Source: Methylophilaceae bacterium (GTDB lineage Bacteria > Pseudomonadota > Gammaproteobacteria > Burkholderiales > Methylophilaceae). From it: a DNA stretch of 33,189 bases. The translations under genes and the position numbers were made by a program. The stretch spans positions 1 through 33,189 of the forward strand of contig JANNBX010000006.1 of NCBI GenBank assembly GCA_031385945.1, read 5' to 3'. Of this stretch, positions 19,678 through 30,025 are shown piece by piece. Below the pieces are notes generated by a model. The model had not been told where the DNA came from, ran no database searches, and saw only the letters and a list, made by a program, of their open reading frames with translations. The first letter of the stretch is position 1. Every line of letters begins with the position of its first letter.

Positions 19678-21783
19678 TTACGAATCAGCCGCTAACTTAG
19701 CTGCTTTGGCAGCTTTAGCACGCTCAATTGCGGCAGCTATTTTCATTTGCTTATCATGCTGTTCTTGTTCTACCGAACTCACTTGCGAAACAACTGGCGC
19801 AGATACTTTTATAGCTGTTTCAGCAATGGCTTCAACAGCCTTTTCATCATCAACTTTAGTGGCTTTATCCATATTTAACGCAGACTCAGACTGCTGATTA
19901 GCCGCCTGTTTAGCCGCTTTTGCCTTGGCAATTGCAGCGGCTATTTTGGCTTGCTTAGCTTCTGCGTCAATGTCTGATTGAGTAGTTATTTGCGGCGCTA
20001 CATCAGCTAACTTTGTGATAGCTGGCTCTGTTCCACCAATAGCTGCAACTTTTTCAGCCGCCGCTTCACGTCTTGCATCTATCGCTTTTATTTCTGCTTC
20101 TACTGCGCTTGTAACTTCTGCAACGTTTTTCGGCGCATCACTTTGCGCAGCTTTTAATGCTTTTGCGCGCTCAATAGCGGCGGCAATCGCAGCCTTTTTG
20201 TCCTCAATTGCAGGCGCTACTGCTAAATTAGCCTCTGCAGCCACATCTGATGGAGCAGCGTCTATGGTATTAAGTACTGTAACTTCTTTTTTAGCGGCTG
20301 CCTCTTTAGCAGCAAGTCCTTTAGCCGCATTACGTTCAGCACGTTCTGTTTTTTCGCGCTCAATGCGCTCCAATTTAAAATCATTACGTTCACGCGCAAT
20401 ATCTGCCGCTTCTTTAGCGCGGTCTAGTGCAATAATTTCACTTTTACCAAAGCGATAATATTGCACCAAAGGAATATTGCTCGGACACACGTAGCTGCAA
20501 GCACCGCACTCAATACAATCAAACAGCTTGTATTCGCGAGCTTTTTCAAACTCGTTACCTTTGGCAAACCAGTAGAGCTCTTGCGGTTGCAAGCTCACTG
20601 GGCAAGCATCTGCGCAACGTGCACAACGAATGCAAGGCATTGCTGGCGGCGGCTCTGCAAATAAAGCTGGGCTTGCCGCAATAATACAGTTAGCTGCTTT
20701 GGTGAGCGGCACGGCCATGTTTTCACGGTTAAATGCAGGCAAATCAAAGCCCATCATTGGGCCGCCCATAATGTAGCGATTAACACTTGGTTTAGCGCCG
20801 CCTGCGGCTTTAACTAAATCACCCACTGGTGTACCAAATAAAATCTCAAAGTTTTGTGGTTGCGTCACATCACCCGTCATTGAAACAATACGGCTCAGTG
20901 ATGGCTCACCAAAATCAAAATAACGGTGTAGTGCTAACACAGTCGCCACGTTAAACACCTGTATGCCTACATCAGTTGAGCGTTTGTCTGATGGAATTTC
21001 TAAACCTAACAATAAGTAAATCAAGCGACGCGCATCGCCACTAGGGTAAAGCGTTGGTACTGTTTTAACTTCCATTCCGTCAATAATGGCAGCGCGCATA
21101 CTTGCTGCGGCTTCTGGCTTATTGTCTTCAATGCCAATCAATACGCGTGTAGCACCCAATAAATGTTGGGCGATTGCGATACCTTTTATAATTTCATCAG
21201 CGCGTTCACGCATGAGCATATCGTCACAAGTAATATAAGGTTCGCACTCAGCTGCGTTAATCACCAGCGTATGCACACCTGATTTTCCTTGTGCATTCAA
21301 CTTAATATGCGTTGGGAACGTTGCGCCACCCAAACCGACAATGCCTGAAGTGCGTAGCTTTTTCACCAACTCTGCGCGTTCGGTATTGCGCCAATCGGTA
21401 GCTGACTTTTCAATCCAAGCATCGTGGTTGTCAGGCGTTAAAATCATACATCTATCAGGCAAGCCTGACGGATGCGGAATAATACTGTCTTCAATTGCAC
21501 TTATTACGCCTGAAGTTGGTGCATGTATAGCCGCAGAAACGTTGCCATCAGCCTCGGCTAATAGCTGGCCTTTTAATACTTGCTCACCAACATTCACTCT
21601 AACTTTAGGCATGTTACCCACGTGTTGGCGTAATGGCAGAATCAGCCTTTCAGGCATTGGTAGTTGCGCGATAGGCAGTTGTGTTGATTGTGCTTTGTTT
21701 TCAGGCGGATGTACGCCGCCATGAAACGGGAAAAACTCCTTGGCAGATTTCAACAAATTAGCGATATTTACAAATGCGTTCAT
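19678..21783 (-). CDS. rnfC: Rnf electron transport complex subunit C with a long Ala/Lys/Glu-rich repetitive C-terminal extension.
   Basis: Two 4Fe-4S motifs (CIRCARCADACP, CIECGACSYVCP) and an NADH-binding-like core. The C-terminal ~250 aa is low complexity, as in E. coli RsxC. Confidence 0.9.
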   Translation of the reverse strand: MNAFVNIANLLKSAKEFFPFHGGVHPPENKAQSTQLPIAQLPMPERLILPLRQHVGNMPKVRVNVGEQVLKGQLLAEADGNVSAAIHAPTSGVISAIEDSIIPHPSGLPDRCMILTPDNHDAWIEKSATDWRNTERAELVKKLRTSGIVGLGGATFPTHIKLNAQGKSGVHTLVINAAECEPYITCDDMLMRERADEIIKGIAIAQHLLGATRVLIGIEDNKPEAAASMRAAIIDGMEVKTVPTLYPSGDARRLIYLLLGLEIPSDKRSTDVGIQVFNVATVLALHRYFDFGEPSLSRIVSMTGDVTQPQNFEILFGTPVGDLVKAAGGAKPSVNRYIMGGPMMGFDLPAFNRENMAVPLTKAANCIIAASPALFAEPPPAMPCIRCARCADACPVSLQPQELYWFAKGNEFEKAREYKLFDCIECGACSYVCPSNIPLVQYYRFGKSEIIALDRAKEAADIARERNDFKLERIEREKTERAERNAAKGLAAKEAAAKKEVTVLNTIDAAPSDVAAEANLAVAPAIEDKKAAIAAAIERAKALKAAQSDAPKNVAEVTSAVEAEIKAIDARREAAAEKVAAIGGTEPAITKLADVAPQITTQSDIDAEAKQAKIAAAIAKAKAAKQAANQQSESALNMDKATKVDDEKAVEAIAETAIKVSAPVVSQVSSVEQEQHDKQMKIAAAIERAKAAKAAKLAADS
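19680..20440. repeat. Low-complexity GC-rich repetitive DNA encoding the RnfC Ala/Lys-rich tail.
   Basis: 'KIAAAIERAKAAKAAK' and 'AAIAKAKAAKQAA' units recur. The opposite strand gives an Ala/Ser-rich spurious ORF. Confidence 0.6.
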
Positions 21784-21809
21784 TCAGTTCTTTGTCAGTT
21801 TCTCAATGT

Positions 21810-22373
21810 TTAATGTAAAGTCATACCGACTGCTTTAATCGGTATCACTGGGTGTTTCCATTTCCAATTATCAGGTGTTTCACCAATCGGCTCCATGGTA
21901 ATGCAGTCCACTGGGCAAGGCGCCAAACAAAGCTCGCAGCCCGTGCACTCGTCAGCAATAATGGTATGCATGTGTTTTGCAGCGCCTAATATTGCATCGA
22001 CTGGGCAGGCTTGTATGCACAATGTGCAGCCTATACAAGTTGCCTCATCGATAAACGCCACGGCTTTTGGCTTTTCAGCACCATTTTCAGCATTTAGTGG
22101 CTTGTATTCCACGCCCATTAAATCAGCTAGCGCCCTAGCGCCTGCGTCGCCACCGGGTGGGCACTGATTAATGTCTGCCTCACCCGACGCAATAGCAGTG
22201 GCATAGGGTTTACAACCTGGATAACCGCATTGACCACATTGCGTTTGCGGTAAAATCGCATCAATACGGGCAACTAAAGGGTCACCTTCCACTTTAAATT
22301 TGAGCGCCGCATAGCCCAAGCCTAAGCCAAGCACTACACTTAATCCCACCATCACATATATTGCAATTAACAC
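21810..22373 (-). CDS. rnfB: Rnf electron transport complex subunit B (ferredoxin-like).
   Basis: N-terminal TM helix, a Cys cluster 'CGQCGYPGC' and two 4Fe-4S ferredoxin motifs. Confidence 0.9.
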   Translation of the reverse strand: MLIAIYVMVGLSVVLGLGLGYAALKFKVEGDPLVARIDAILPQTQCGQCGYPGCKPYATAIASGEADINQCPPGGDAGARALADLMGVEYKPLNAENGAEKPKAVAFIDEATCIGCTLCIQACPVDAILGAAKHMHTIIADECTGCELCLAPCPVDCITMEPIGETPDNWKWKHPVIPIKAVGMTLH

Positions 22374-22389
22374 AATTAACCTGCTCTAA

Positions 22390-22980
22390 CTAAACGCGCA
22401 CTAGGCCGCTAAAGCCCATAAATGCTAGGCTCATTAATCCAGCGGTGATAAACGCAATAGCTGGTCCTTTAAAAATAGCAGGTACGTCAGCCGCCTCCAT
22501 ACGCTCGCGCATGCTCGCAAACAACACCAACACCAGCCAAAAACCCATTGACCCCCAAAAACCGTACTGTAGTGATTGCCATAAATTATGTTTAAGCTGC
22601 ACATTGAGTAATGGAATACCTAACACCGCACAATTAGTCGTAATCAGCGGTAAATAAATGCCTAACATTTGGTACATCGCTGGTTGCGATTTTTCCATGA
22701 TCATTTCTGTGAGCTGCACCATGCCCGCAATCACCACAATGAAAGTGAGTGTGCGTAGATAAAAGAGTTCAGGACCAAGCAAATATTCACTAATCAAATA
22801 ACTAGTGCCTGAACCTAAGGTCAACACAAAAGCAGTAGCCGCACCCATTGCAATGGATGCTTCAAGCTTTTTAGACACACCCATGAATGGGCATAAGCCT
22901 AAAATTTTCACCAACACAATGTTATTCACAAGCACTGTGCCGAGCATGATAATAATAAATTCCTGTGCTAAATCTTGCAT
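22390..22980 (-). CDS. rnfA: Rnf electron transport complex subunit A.
   Basis: 196-aa polytopic NqrE/RnfA family protein. First gene of the operon. Confidence 0.9.
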   Translation of the reverse strand: MQDLAQEFIIIMLGTVLVNNIVLVKILGLCPFMGVSKKLEASIAMGAATAFVLTLGSGTSYLISEYLLGPELFYLRTLTFIVVIAGMVQLTEMIMEKSQPAMYQMLGIYLPLITTNCAVLGIPLLNVQLKHNLWQSLQYGFWGSMGFWLVLVLFASMRERMEAADVPAIFKGPAIAFITAGLMSLAFMGFSGLVRV

Positions 22981-23224
22981 ATATTCACGTAATTTAATTG
23001 TTATAAAGAAGGGCTATTATACCGCGTTTGGGTGCACCTTGAATCGCCACGCCACGCACTATATAAGCCTGTATATAAAATCACAAATACTTAGTAGTTA
23101 CATATTTATAACTATAGTTACTATAGGTTCATCACGTATAAGTGATTGGATAATGAGTGGTTTTAAAGCGGCCAACGACTTTTTCAGTTAAAATATGACG
23201 TTAATTTATTTTTAGAGTTCGCAC

Positions 23225-24118
23225 ATGTTGCAAGTAAGTCCAAAGTTGCAAGGTAGTTTGGTCGCAATTGTTACCCCCATGTTTGCTGATGGTAGCCTTG
23301 ACCTTGACACACTCAAAACCTTGCTCGATTTTCATGTGAGTGCTGGCACTGATGGTATCGTCATTGTTGGCACCACGGGCGAGTCGCCAACGGTCGATTT
23401 CGATGAGCATTGCTTGCTCATCGAAACCACAGTTAAGCACATCAACAAACGTATACCGGTTATTGCGGGTACAGGTGCCAACTCAACGCGTGAGGCCATC
23501 ACACTTACGGCAGCGGCCAAAAATTTAGGCGTTGACGCTTGTCTTTTAGTCGCACCTTACTATAATAAACCTACACAAACAGGCCTTTATCAGCACTTTA
23601 AATCAGTGGCTGAAGCGGTTGATATTCCACAAATTTTATATAACGTGCCAGGCCGCACAGGTTGCGATATTCAAAATGACACTACCTTACGTTTAGCTGA
23701 AATCAGCAATATTGTTGGTATTAAAGACGCCACAGGTAATATTGAGCGCGGTATTGATTTAATTAACCGCCGCCCACAAGGCTTTAATATTTACAGTGGT
23801 GATGATGGCACTGCTGCCGCACTCATGCTCATGGGTGGCAATGGCGTTATCTCTGTAACAGCAAACGTAGCACCGCTACTGATGCACCAAATGTGCAAAG
23901 CGGCATTGGCGAATGATGTCATCCAAACCAGACAGTTAAACGCTAAATTAGCGAGCTTGCATCAAAAATTATTTATAGAAGCAAACCCAATACCCGTGAA
24001 ATGGGTATTAGCCAAAATGGGCTTGATTAACCACGGTATTCGTTTACCATTGGTTCAATTATCAGCACAATATGAACCGTTATTACAGAGCGCTATGCAT
24101 AGCGCCGACTTAAGCTGA
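23225..24118 (+). CDS. dapA: 4-hydroxy-tetrahydrodipicolinate synthase.
   Basis: '[10 protein letters not shown]...[16 protein letters not shown]' and the catalytic-Lys region 'IVGIKDATG'. Confidence 0.9.
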   Translation: MLQVSPKLQGSLVAIVTPMFADGSLDLDTLKTLLDFHVSAGTDGIVIVGTTGESPTVDFDEHCLLIETTVKHINKRIPVIAGTGANSTREAITLTAAAKNLGVDACLLVAPYYNKPTQTGLYQHFKSVAEAVDIPQILYNVPGRTGCDIQNDTTLRLAEISNIVGIKDATGNIERGIDLINRRPQGFNIYSGDDGTAAALMLMGGNGVISVTANVAPLLMHQMCKAALANDVIQTRQLNAKLASLHQKLFIEANPIPVKWVLAKMGLINHGIRLPLVQLSAQYEPLLQSAMHSADLS

Positions 24119-24127
24119 GGCTATTTT

Positions 24128-25408
24128 ATGACACTAACTATAAAAAGATACACACTAGCTAGCACTATTTTGCTGAGTTTATTCTTGAGCGCTTGCGACT
24201 CTATTCCTTTTGTTGGGAGCATGCTCGACCCTGAGTCTGACTATAAAACAGCAGGTCGTGCGCGCCCACTTGAAGTGCCACCAGACTTAACTTCGCTATC
24301 TACTTCAGACACTTATTCAGTACCAGGCGGCTCAACAACCTACTCTGAATACTCGCAAGGTCAGGCTGCGCCTACTGCTACAAAGCAAGCAATGCTCACC
24401 AGCCCAGAAGGTGTGCGCCTAGAGCGTGCAGGTGCGCAGCGCTGGCTAGTTGTGCAGGCTGCGCCTGACAGAGTTTGGCCGTTAGTACGTGAGTTTTGGA
24501 ATGACTTAGGCTTTGCAGTGCGTGTCGAAAACCAAGAAACTGGCGTAATGGAAACAGAATGGTTAGAAGCAGATAAATTAAAAGCAAAAAGTGATTTAAG
24601 TTTTTTAGATAAAACAGATAAATGGCTTGACCGCCTCAATGGTTTAAACAATAAACAAAAATTTAGAACCCGTATTGATGTTGGTACTGAATCTGGCTCA
24701 ACTGAAATATACATGACGCACCGCAGCATTAGCGATGTTGAATCAGATGACGGTTTAAACCGTGTGCGTACAAATTTAGGCGTGGTTTCAACAGGCTTTA
24801 AACTCAATAAAAATGATTATAAAAATGATGATGCGCGTGCAAGCGCTGAAGATTTAGATGCAGAATTATTACGCCGCTTAATGGTTAAACTTGGTGTTGA
24901 AGAGAAAAAATCACAATCTATTATGACAGCTAGTAGCGTTGCCCGAGCAAGCCTAGATGCCAGTAAAGAAGGTGCCGTTAATTTAAGCGTCAGCGACCCA
25001 TTTGACCGTGCTTGGCGTCGTGTTGGTTTAGCACTAGACCGAATCGGCTTTGTGGTTGAAGATAAAAATCGTGATAAAGGCGTATTTTATGTGCGATACG
25101 CCGATAACGATGCATCGCTTAATGCTGAAAAGAAAGATAAAGGCTTTTTAAGCTCGCTTAAATTTTGGAGTAACGATGACGAAGACGATAAAACACCAGC
25201 AAGCAGAAACACTAAAGAAACCGGCGTAAAAGCAGAAGAAGAAACTGGCGGCTTATTTAGCAAAAAAACTAATAAACAATATTTAGTGAAAGTAGATCAA
25301 TCTGAAATTAGTCCGACTGCAATTAGTGTAGTTGACAAAGATGGTGCGCCAATACAAACCAAAGCAGCACAAAATATTCTAGGTTTACTATACGAGCAAC
25401 TTAAATAA
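24128..25408 (+). CDS. bamC: Outer membrane protein assembly factor BamC (NlpB) lipoprotein, with an extended charged C-terminus.
   Basis: Lipobox 'LSACDS'. It sits immediately downstream of dapA as in E. coli. GAGG RBS present. At 426 aa it is longer than E. coli BamC. Confidence 0.65.
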   Translation: MTLTIKRYTLASTILLSLFLSACDSIPFVGSMLDPESDYKTAGRARPLEVPPDLTSLSTSDTYSVPGGSTTYSEYSQGQAAPTATKQAMLTSPEGVRLERAGAQRWLVVQAAPDRVWPLVREFWNDLGFAVRVENQETGVMETEWLEADKLKAKSDLSFLDKTDKWLDRLNGLNNKQKFRTRIDVGTESGSTEIYMTHRSISDVESDDGLNRVRTNLGVVSTGFKLNKNDYKNDDARASAEDLDAELLRRLMVKLGVEEKKSQSIMTASSVARASLDASKEGAVNLSVSDPFDRAWRRVGLALDRIGFVVEDKNRDKGVFYVRYADNDASLNAEKKDKGFLSSLKFWSNDDEDDKTPASRNTKETGVKAEEETGGLFSKKTNKQYLVKVDQSEISPTAISVVDKDGAPIQTKAAQNILGLLYEQLK

Positions 25409-25436
25409 ATTGTGCACACTGGGCTAGGTTAAAGCG

Positions 25437-26207
25437 TTGCGCTTCGCATCGTTAGGTAGTGGCAGTAGCGGTAATGCGCTACTGGTACAAGAGGGAAACA
25501 CTACTGTTTTACTCGATTGTGGCTTTGGTTTAAAAGAAGCAATTACTAGGCTACAACGCTTAAATATCAGCGCAGACCAGCTCACTGGCATTATTGTTAC
25601 GCATGAACACGATGACCACGCAAGTGGCGTTTTTAAGCTAGCAGCGCAATACAACACGCCAGTTTGGCTCACCCACGGCACATTTAAAATGTCATCACGT
25701 TACCTACCCAGTAAAGTGAGTAACTTAGTACATATTATTGATAGTCAAACAGAATTTACTATTAACGACCTGAGTATTCAACCCTTTACTGTGCCGCATG
25801 ACGCCCGCGAACCCGTGCAATACAGCGTGAGTAATGGCCAGCATAAATTAGGCGTTTTAACAGACGTTGGCATGACAACCCCGCATATTAACAAGCACCT
25901 AAGCGGATGTGATGCATTAGTTTTAGAATGCAATCACGATATAGAGATGCTCGAAAAAGGTCCGTACGCTAGATCGCTCAAACAACGCGTGGGCGGCGAT
26001 TTAGGTCACTTAGATAATCAAAGCGCGGCTAAACTACTGAGCAACTTAAATAATAATAAGCTCAAGCACATGATTGCAGCACACCTAAGTGCTAAAAATA
26101 ACACCCCAGATTTAGCGCAACAAGCGCTGGCAAGCGTACTTAATTGCGAAAAAAGTTGGATCGGTGTTGCAGACCAAGCAATGGGTTTTAATTGGCGAGA
26201 GTTTTGA
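25437..26207 (+). CDS. MBL-fold metallo-hydrolase.
   Basis: 'VTHEHDDHASG' H-x-H-x-D-H motif. TTG start, so the start is uncertain. Confidence 0.7.
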   Translation: MRFASLGSGSSGNALLVQEGNTTVLLDCGFGLKEAITRLQRLNISADQLTGIIVTHEHDDHASGVFKLAAQYNTPVWLTHGTFKMSSRYLPSKVSNLVHIIDSQTEFTINDLSIQPFTVPHDAREPVQYSVSNGQHKLGVLTDVGMTTPHINKHLSGCDALVLECNHDIEMLEKGPYARSLKQRVGGDLGHLDNQSAAKLLSNLNNNKLKHMIAAHLSAKNNTPDLAQQALASVLNCEKSWIGVADQAMGFNWREF

Positions 26208-26400
26208 TTGGCGAGAGTATTGATGATTGATGATCTAGTGTTAAATTATTATTTGTAATGATTGATAGATTCAGACTATTTATGACAATAAAAAATTAAT
26301 GGCACTAAAATCAGAATTCTATCAATTAAAAAAACTAAGATATATGGCTAATTTAAAAGTACGTTGAAAGCCAACTCAATTACAAAAGAAAAAGTACATT

Positions 26401-26430
26401 AAAAAAGCCGACATATAGTCGGCTTTTCTT
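26401..26430. terminator. Bidirectional rho-independent terminator between convergent genes.
   Basis: 'aaaaaa gccgac atata gtcggc ttttctt' is a stem with A-run and T-run flanks. Confidence 0.6.
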
Positions 26431-26454
26431 CAAACTAGATTATTAAAAATCTAA

Positions 26455-26694
26455 TTATTTTGCAGCTTCAGCAGGAGCAGCTTCAGCAGCTGGTGCTTCA
26501 GCAGCAGGAGCAGCTTCAGCTGGCATTGCTTCAGCAGCAGGAGCAGATTCAGCAGCTGGTGCAGCTTCAGCAGCTGGAGCTTCAGCTGGCATTGCTTCAG
26601 CAGCAGGAGCTGCTTCAGGAGCAACAGCTTCTTCTTTTTTACATGCAGTTAGAGCTAAAGCCAATAAAGCAGCTAATAATAGTGAACGTGTCAT
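26455..26694 (-). CDS. Small lipoprotein built from Pro/Ala/Glu repeats ('PAAEA' units).
   Basis: I refined the start to the ATG at 26694, with an AAAGGAA RBS. 'MTRSLLLAALLALALTAC' is a lipobox. The rest is about 10 PAAEA(M)-type repeats, encoded by gcagc/ttcagc DNA tandem repeats. Confidence 0.55.
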   Translation of the reverse strand: MTRSLLLAALLALALTACKKEEAVAPEAAPAAEAMPAEAPAAEAAPAAESAPAAEAMPAEAAPAAEAPAAEAAPAEAAK

Positions 26695-26864
26695 TTTAAT
26701 TCCTTTTAACATTAGTGAGATAACAAAACTTTTTTTCGAAAAAAAACTTATCAAATAGGTTTAGCTATGTGAATGGTCAGGATTTTACCAGCAAATTAAA
26801 AAAAAACCAGTGTTTTTGTGGCTAAGCGGTCATTTGTAAATCAATATTGAACTTAAATACAACA

Positions 26865-27779
26865 TCAATCTACTTTTATCATCACTTTTGTATTTTGATA
26901 GCTGCTATTTTGTGATTGACGCAATATTTCACCACTGACTTCATCGCGATTTTGCATGAGCTGGCCTAAATCAAGCCAATCGCCTCTATTCACGCGTACT
27001 GTAGTGTTTAGTTCTTGAAAATCAATATGGTCCACTTGATTTTGTTTTGTGTTTATTTGGGCGATTCTTGGTGTAACTTCTAATTCAATTTGATTACTTG
27101 TTGTATTTTCACCAACTATGCGCGGTCTTACTGCAAAGCCCGTGGTAATTTCGCGAAAATCAGTCACATTTTGGCTAACCATATAGCGCTGAGTAATAGT
27201 GATCCAGCGCTGTGTAAACGGCATTATCTGCCCAACTCTGATAAACGATTGCGCACCATCTTGCACGTTCACAAACTGCTGACTGCGTGTTGTTTGTTGG
27301 GTATTGCGCGCATTGGCATCAACCCCCAAGCCATGCTGTTTGTCAACACGTATACCAGTTGACTGGCGCGTGAGGGTTTGTCCATTAGATTGTGTCACCG
27401 TATTATTTTGGCGTGGTACATTAATCTCCACATCGCCCACACGTTGGCGACCCGAAATACCAACATTACGTTGATTACTCTCACTCATATCGCTATTGCT
27501 AATCGTAATTCTCAAGTTTTGACGCGCAACATCAAGCGTTGCTAGCATGCGCTCTATGTTGGTTAATGTGTCGGGGCTCGCGCGGACAAATAAATTGTAA
27601 TCTGAGCCTGTGACCATTTCATCAGCATGTATCAGCGGCATTAACGTAGGAATCACATCATTTGCGCTACGATATTTTAACGAGATAATTTTAAATTCAG
27701 TTTCAGCGCTCACTGAGCCAACAAAAAGGCTATGAAATAAAAGCCAGCTGATTAACAAAATGTATTTGATTATGTTCAC
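26865..27779 (-). CDS. Exported secretin-like protein: secretin_N-like domain plus a partial secretin C-terminal-like region.
   Basis: Signal peptide, then 'FKIISLKYRSANDVIPTLMPLI...LFVRASPDTLTNIERMLATLD' (secretin N-domain pattern). The C-terminal 'IELEVTPRIAQ...TTVRVNRGDWLDLGQL' resembles the secretin core. At 304 aa it is far shorter than canonical secretins. Confidence 0.45.
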   Translation of the reverse strand: MNIIKYILLISWLLFHSLFVGSVSAETEFKIISLKYRSANDVIPTLMPLIHADEMVTGSDYNLFVRASPDTLTNIERMLATLDVARQNLRITISNSDMSESNQRNVGISGRQRVGDVEINVPRQNNTVTQSNGQTLTRQSTGIRVDKQHGLGVDANARNTQQTTRSQQFVNVQDGAQSFIRVGQIMPFTQRWITITQRYMVSQNVTDFREITTGFAVRPRIVGENTTSNQIELEVTPRIAQINTKQNQVDHIDFQELNTTVRVNRGDWLDLGQLMQNRDEVSGEILRQSQNSSYQNTKVMIKVD

Positions 27780-27801
27780 GGGATAACTCTCAAAATAACC
27801 A

Positions 27802-28335
27802 TTAAAGCCCTACATGTGTACTCAAGCTTGAGATGGTTGCGCCATCTACTAACTCTTCATAACGCTCTAACAAAGCATTGGTTTCAGCCACGTCATCAAA
27901 CACATATTTAAAGCGTGCTTGGTCAATATGAAAACGCCGCAAATAATGACTTTTATCTGCCAAAATAAAAGCGTCTAGCGCATTTTTTGCGGTATCTGCT
28001 GTTTCATAAATCGTGATGGAATGACTATAAATTTTCAGCAGATTCAATAGCCTGGCGCAGCGCTCGGCAATAAATGATTTGTCGTGCACCACAATGGTGA
28101 GCTTGTTGGCGCGGCTTTTAGCTAAAAAGCTGCGCAAGGCATCAGTGACCGCCGTACTTTGATAATCCCCCCGCGATAAATTGGGGTCAAATATCAAGAG
28201 CTCTTTTTCTGCACGCTGAATTAATAACAATGTCGCCGCTTCAAAGCTGCGCTCGCCCTGTAAAATCACATTAGGTTGCAAGGTATCGAGCAAGCCGTGG
28301 CTGGCGTTGTGTGTTTTATTGAAGTCTTCACTCAA
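27802..28335 (-). CDS. Hypothetical protein.
   Basis: 177-aa ORF between roxA and the secretin-like gene, with short intergenic gaps that suggest co-transcription. No recognisable family. Confidence 0.4.
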   Translation of the reverse strand: MSEDFNKTHNASHGLLDTLQPNVILQGERSFEAATLLLIQRAEKELLIFDPNLSRGDYQSTAVTDALRSFLAKSRANKLTIVVHDKSFIAERCARLLNLLKIYSHSITIYETADTAKNALDAFILADKSHYLRRFHIDQARFKYVFDDVAETNALLERYEELVDGATISSLSTHVGL

Positions 28336-28346
28336 TTTACATTCCC

Positions 28347-29474
28347 CTAATCGTTAAATTGTAAATAACCAGCTAAATACCATTCGTGCAACGCTTGTAA
28401 ATCGTCAAACTTAGCCACCATTTCAGGCGCTAGGTGCCTGCTATTAGCTAGCTCTATCAATGCCTGTTGGTTTTTTGACATCAATAATATTTCGCCATTC
28501 AAATAAAAATACGCGCCTTGAAATAAAGCCATACTTTTTAAATCTAACATTAAGCCTACTTTGGCTGCCTGCTCAGCAAATTTTTTAAGCGACAGCTTTT
28601 TATTCGCTTCAAAATAGAGTTGCGGCTTAGGCTCGGTTAAATAACGGCCTAAAAAGTCGGCAACGTTTTCTGAGTGCCAAACCAATTTATTTAGAGTGTT
28701 ACTCACTTTATCTACCATCAACGTGCTGATTTCAGCAGGCGCTACCTGCAAGGTTAAATCTGCATCTTGATACAAGCCATCAAGCTCACATTTATCTTGC
28801 ATATAATTCAAAAACTCAATGGCTAACTCTTGATTTGACGGCGCTCTAAAGCCAATTGAGTACGTCATACACTCGCCCACTGCCACACCCCAATGCGCGT
28901 ATTGTGGCGGCAAATAGAGCATATCACCCGCTTCAAGTACGTATTCTTCTTCCATTTTAAAGTGTTTAAGTAGCTTTAATGGCGCACCCTCAACCAAACT
29001 TAAATCTTGTTGATTACTCCATTGCCAGTGCCGCTTGCCCTGCCCTTGTAACAAAAATACATCGTAAGAATCGACATGCGCACCTACGCCACCGCCATCT
29101 GGCGCATAGCTCACCATCAGGTCGTCTAGCCTTGCAGTGGGGATAAAATTAAACTGGCGCAATAAATCATAAGCCTCTGGAACATGGTGATTGACCGTTT
29201 GCACCAATAATGTCCAGTTTTTATCGGGTAATCGCGCAAAATCGTCATCGTCAAACGGGCCGTCTTCAACTTGCCACTCAGAATTTTCATGGCGAATCAA
29301 ACGCGATTGCACTTCACTCTCACAACTCAAGCCTGCAAGCTCATCAGCACTGAGTAAGCCGGCAAAATTTGGAATGGCTTGTTTGATCAGTAAGGGTTTT
29401 TTTTGCCAATATTGGCTTAAAAATTGCTCAGCTGAAATACCGCCTAATATTGTTAACTTTTGATTATTTTTCAT
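28347..29474 (-). CDS. roxA: Cupin-4/JmjC ribosomal protein L16 Arg81 hydroxylase (YcfD/RoxA-like).
   Basis: The N-terminal 'FLSQYWQKKPLLIKQAIPNF...ELAGLSCESEVQSRLI' aligns with E. coli YcfD. 'HVDSYDVFLLQGQGKRHW' is a His/Asp Fe(II)-site region. Confidence 0.7.
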   Translation of the reverse strand: MKNNQKLTILGGISAEQFLSQYWQKKPLLIKQAIPNFAGLLSADELAGLSCESEVQSRLIRHENSEWQVEDGPFDDDDFARLPDKNWTLLVQTVNHHVPEAYDLLRQFNFIPTARLDDLMVSYAPDGGGVGAHVDSYDVFLLQGQGKRHWQWSNQQDLSLVEGAPLKLLKHFKMEEEYVLEAGDMLYLPPQYAHWGVAVGECMTYSIGFRAPSNQELAIEFLNYMQDKCELDGLYQDADLTLQVAPAEISTLMVDKVSNTLNKLVWHSENVADFLGRYLTEPKPQLYFEANKKLSLKKFAEQAAKVGLMLDLKSMALFQGAYFYLNGEILLMSKNQQALIELANSRHLAPEMVAKFDDLQALHEWYLAGYLQFND

Positions 29475-29548
29475 GTCAATATAATAGCTTAATACGCTAT
29501 TAAGCCAATAATACGCTAGAATGAAATCAAACTTTTACGAGCAAATTT

Positions 29549-30013
29549 ATGTTGCAAGTTAATCACCCAGCACCTGCTTTCACCCTTTTTAACGCTGATA
29601 TGGAGCCAGTTGCTCTATCTGAATTTCATGGGAGAATAGTTGTACTCTATTTTTACCCCAAAGATGACACACCTGGTTGCACGCTTGAAGCCATAGAGTT
29701 TAGTGATTTAGAAAATGAATTCACGGCACTCAATGCTGTGGTAATTGGTATTAGCCATGACGATTGCATTAGCCACGGCTCGTTTAGAGATAAGCATGGT
29801 TTAACAGTACAACTACTTGCGGACGAAGACCATAAAGCCTGCGAAAAATATGGTGTATGCCAAATGCGCGAAAAAGAAGGCAAAATGGTAAAATGCGTGC
29901 AACGTTCTACTTTTATTATCAATAAAGCAGGCGTGCTGAAACACATGCAGTATGGCGTAATACCTAAAGGCCACGCTGCTGAAATACTAGAAATTATTAA
30001 AACCTTAAATTGA
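29549..30013 (+). CDS. bcp: Thiol peroxidase / peroxiredoxin Bcp.
   Basis: 'VVLYFYPKDDTPGCTLEA' peroxidatic Cys motif. Confidence 0.85.
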   Translation: MLQVNHPAPAFTLFNADMEPVALSEFHGRIVVLYFYPKDDTPGCTLEAIEFSDLENEFTALNAVVIGISHDDCISHGSFRDKHGLTVQLLADEDHKACEKYGVCQMREKEGKMVKCVQRSTFIINKAGVLKHMQYGVIPKGHAAEILEIIKTLN

Positions 30014-30025
30014 AAGATTGTTGCT

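Noticed and set aside
20015-20458. Plus-strand 147-aa Ala/Ser-rich ORF.
   Set aside because: Antisense of the low-complexity rnfC tail. Repeat-induced open frame.
26460-26699. Plus-strand 79-aa Gln/Leu-rich ORF ('MQLQQEQLQQ...').
   Set aside because: It is the antisense reading of the gcagc/ttcagc tandem repeats of the PAAEA lipoprotein gene. It has no RBS and looks like an artefact of repetitive DNA.
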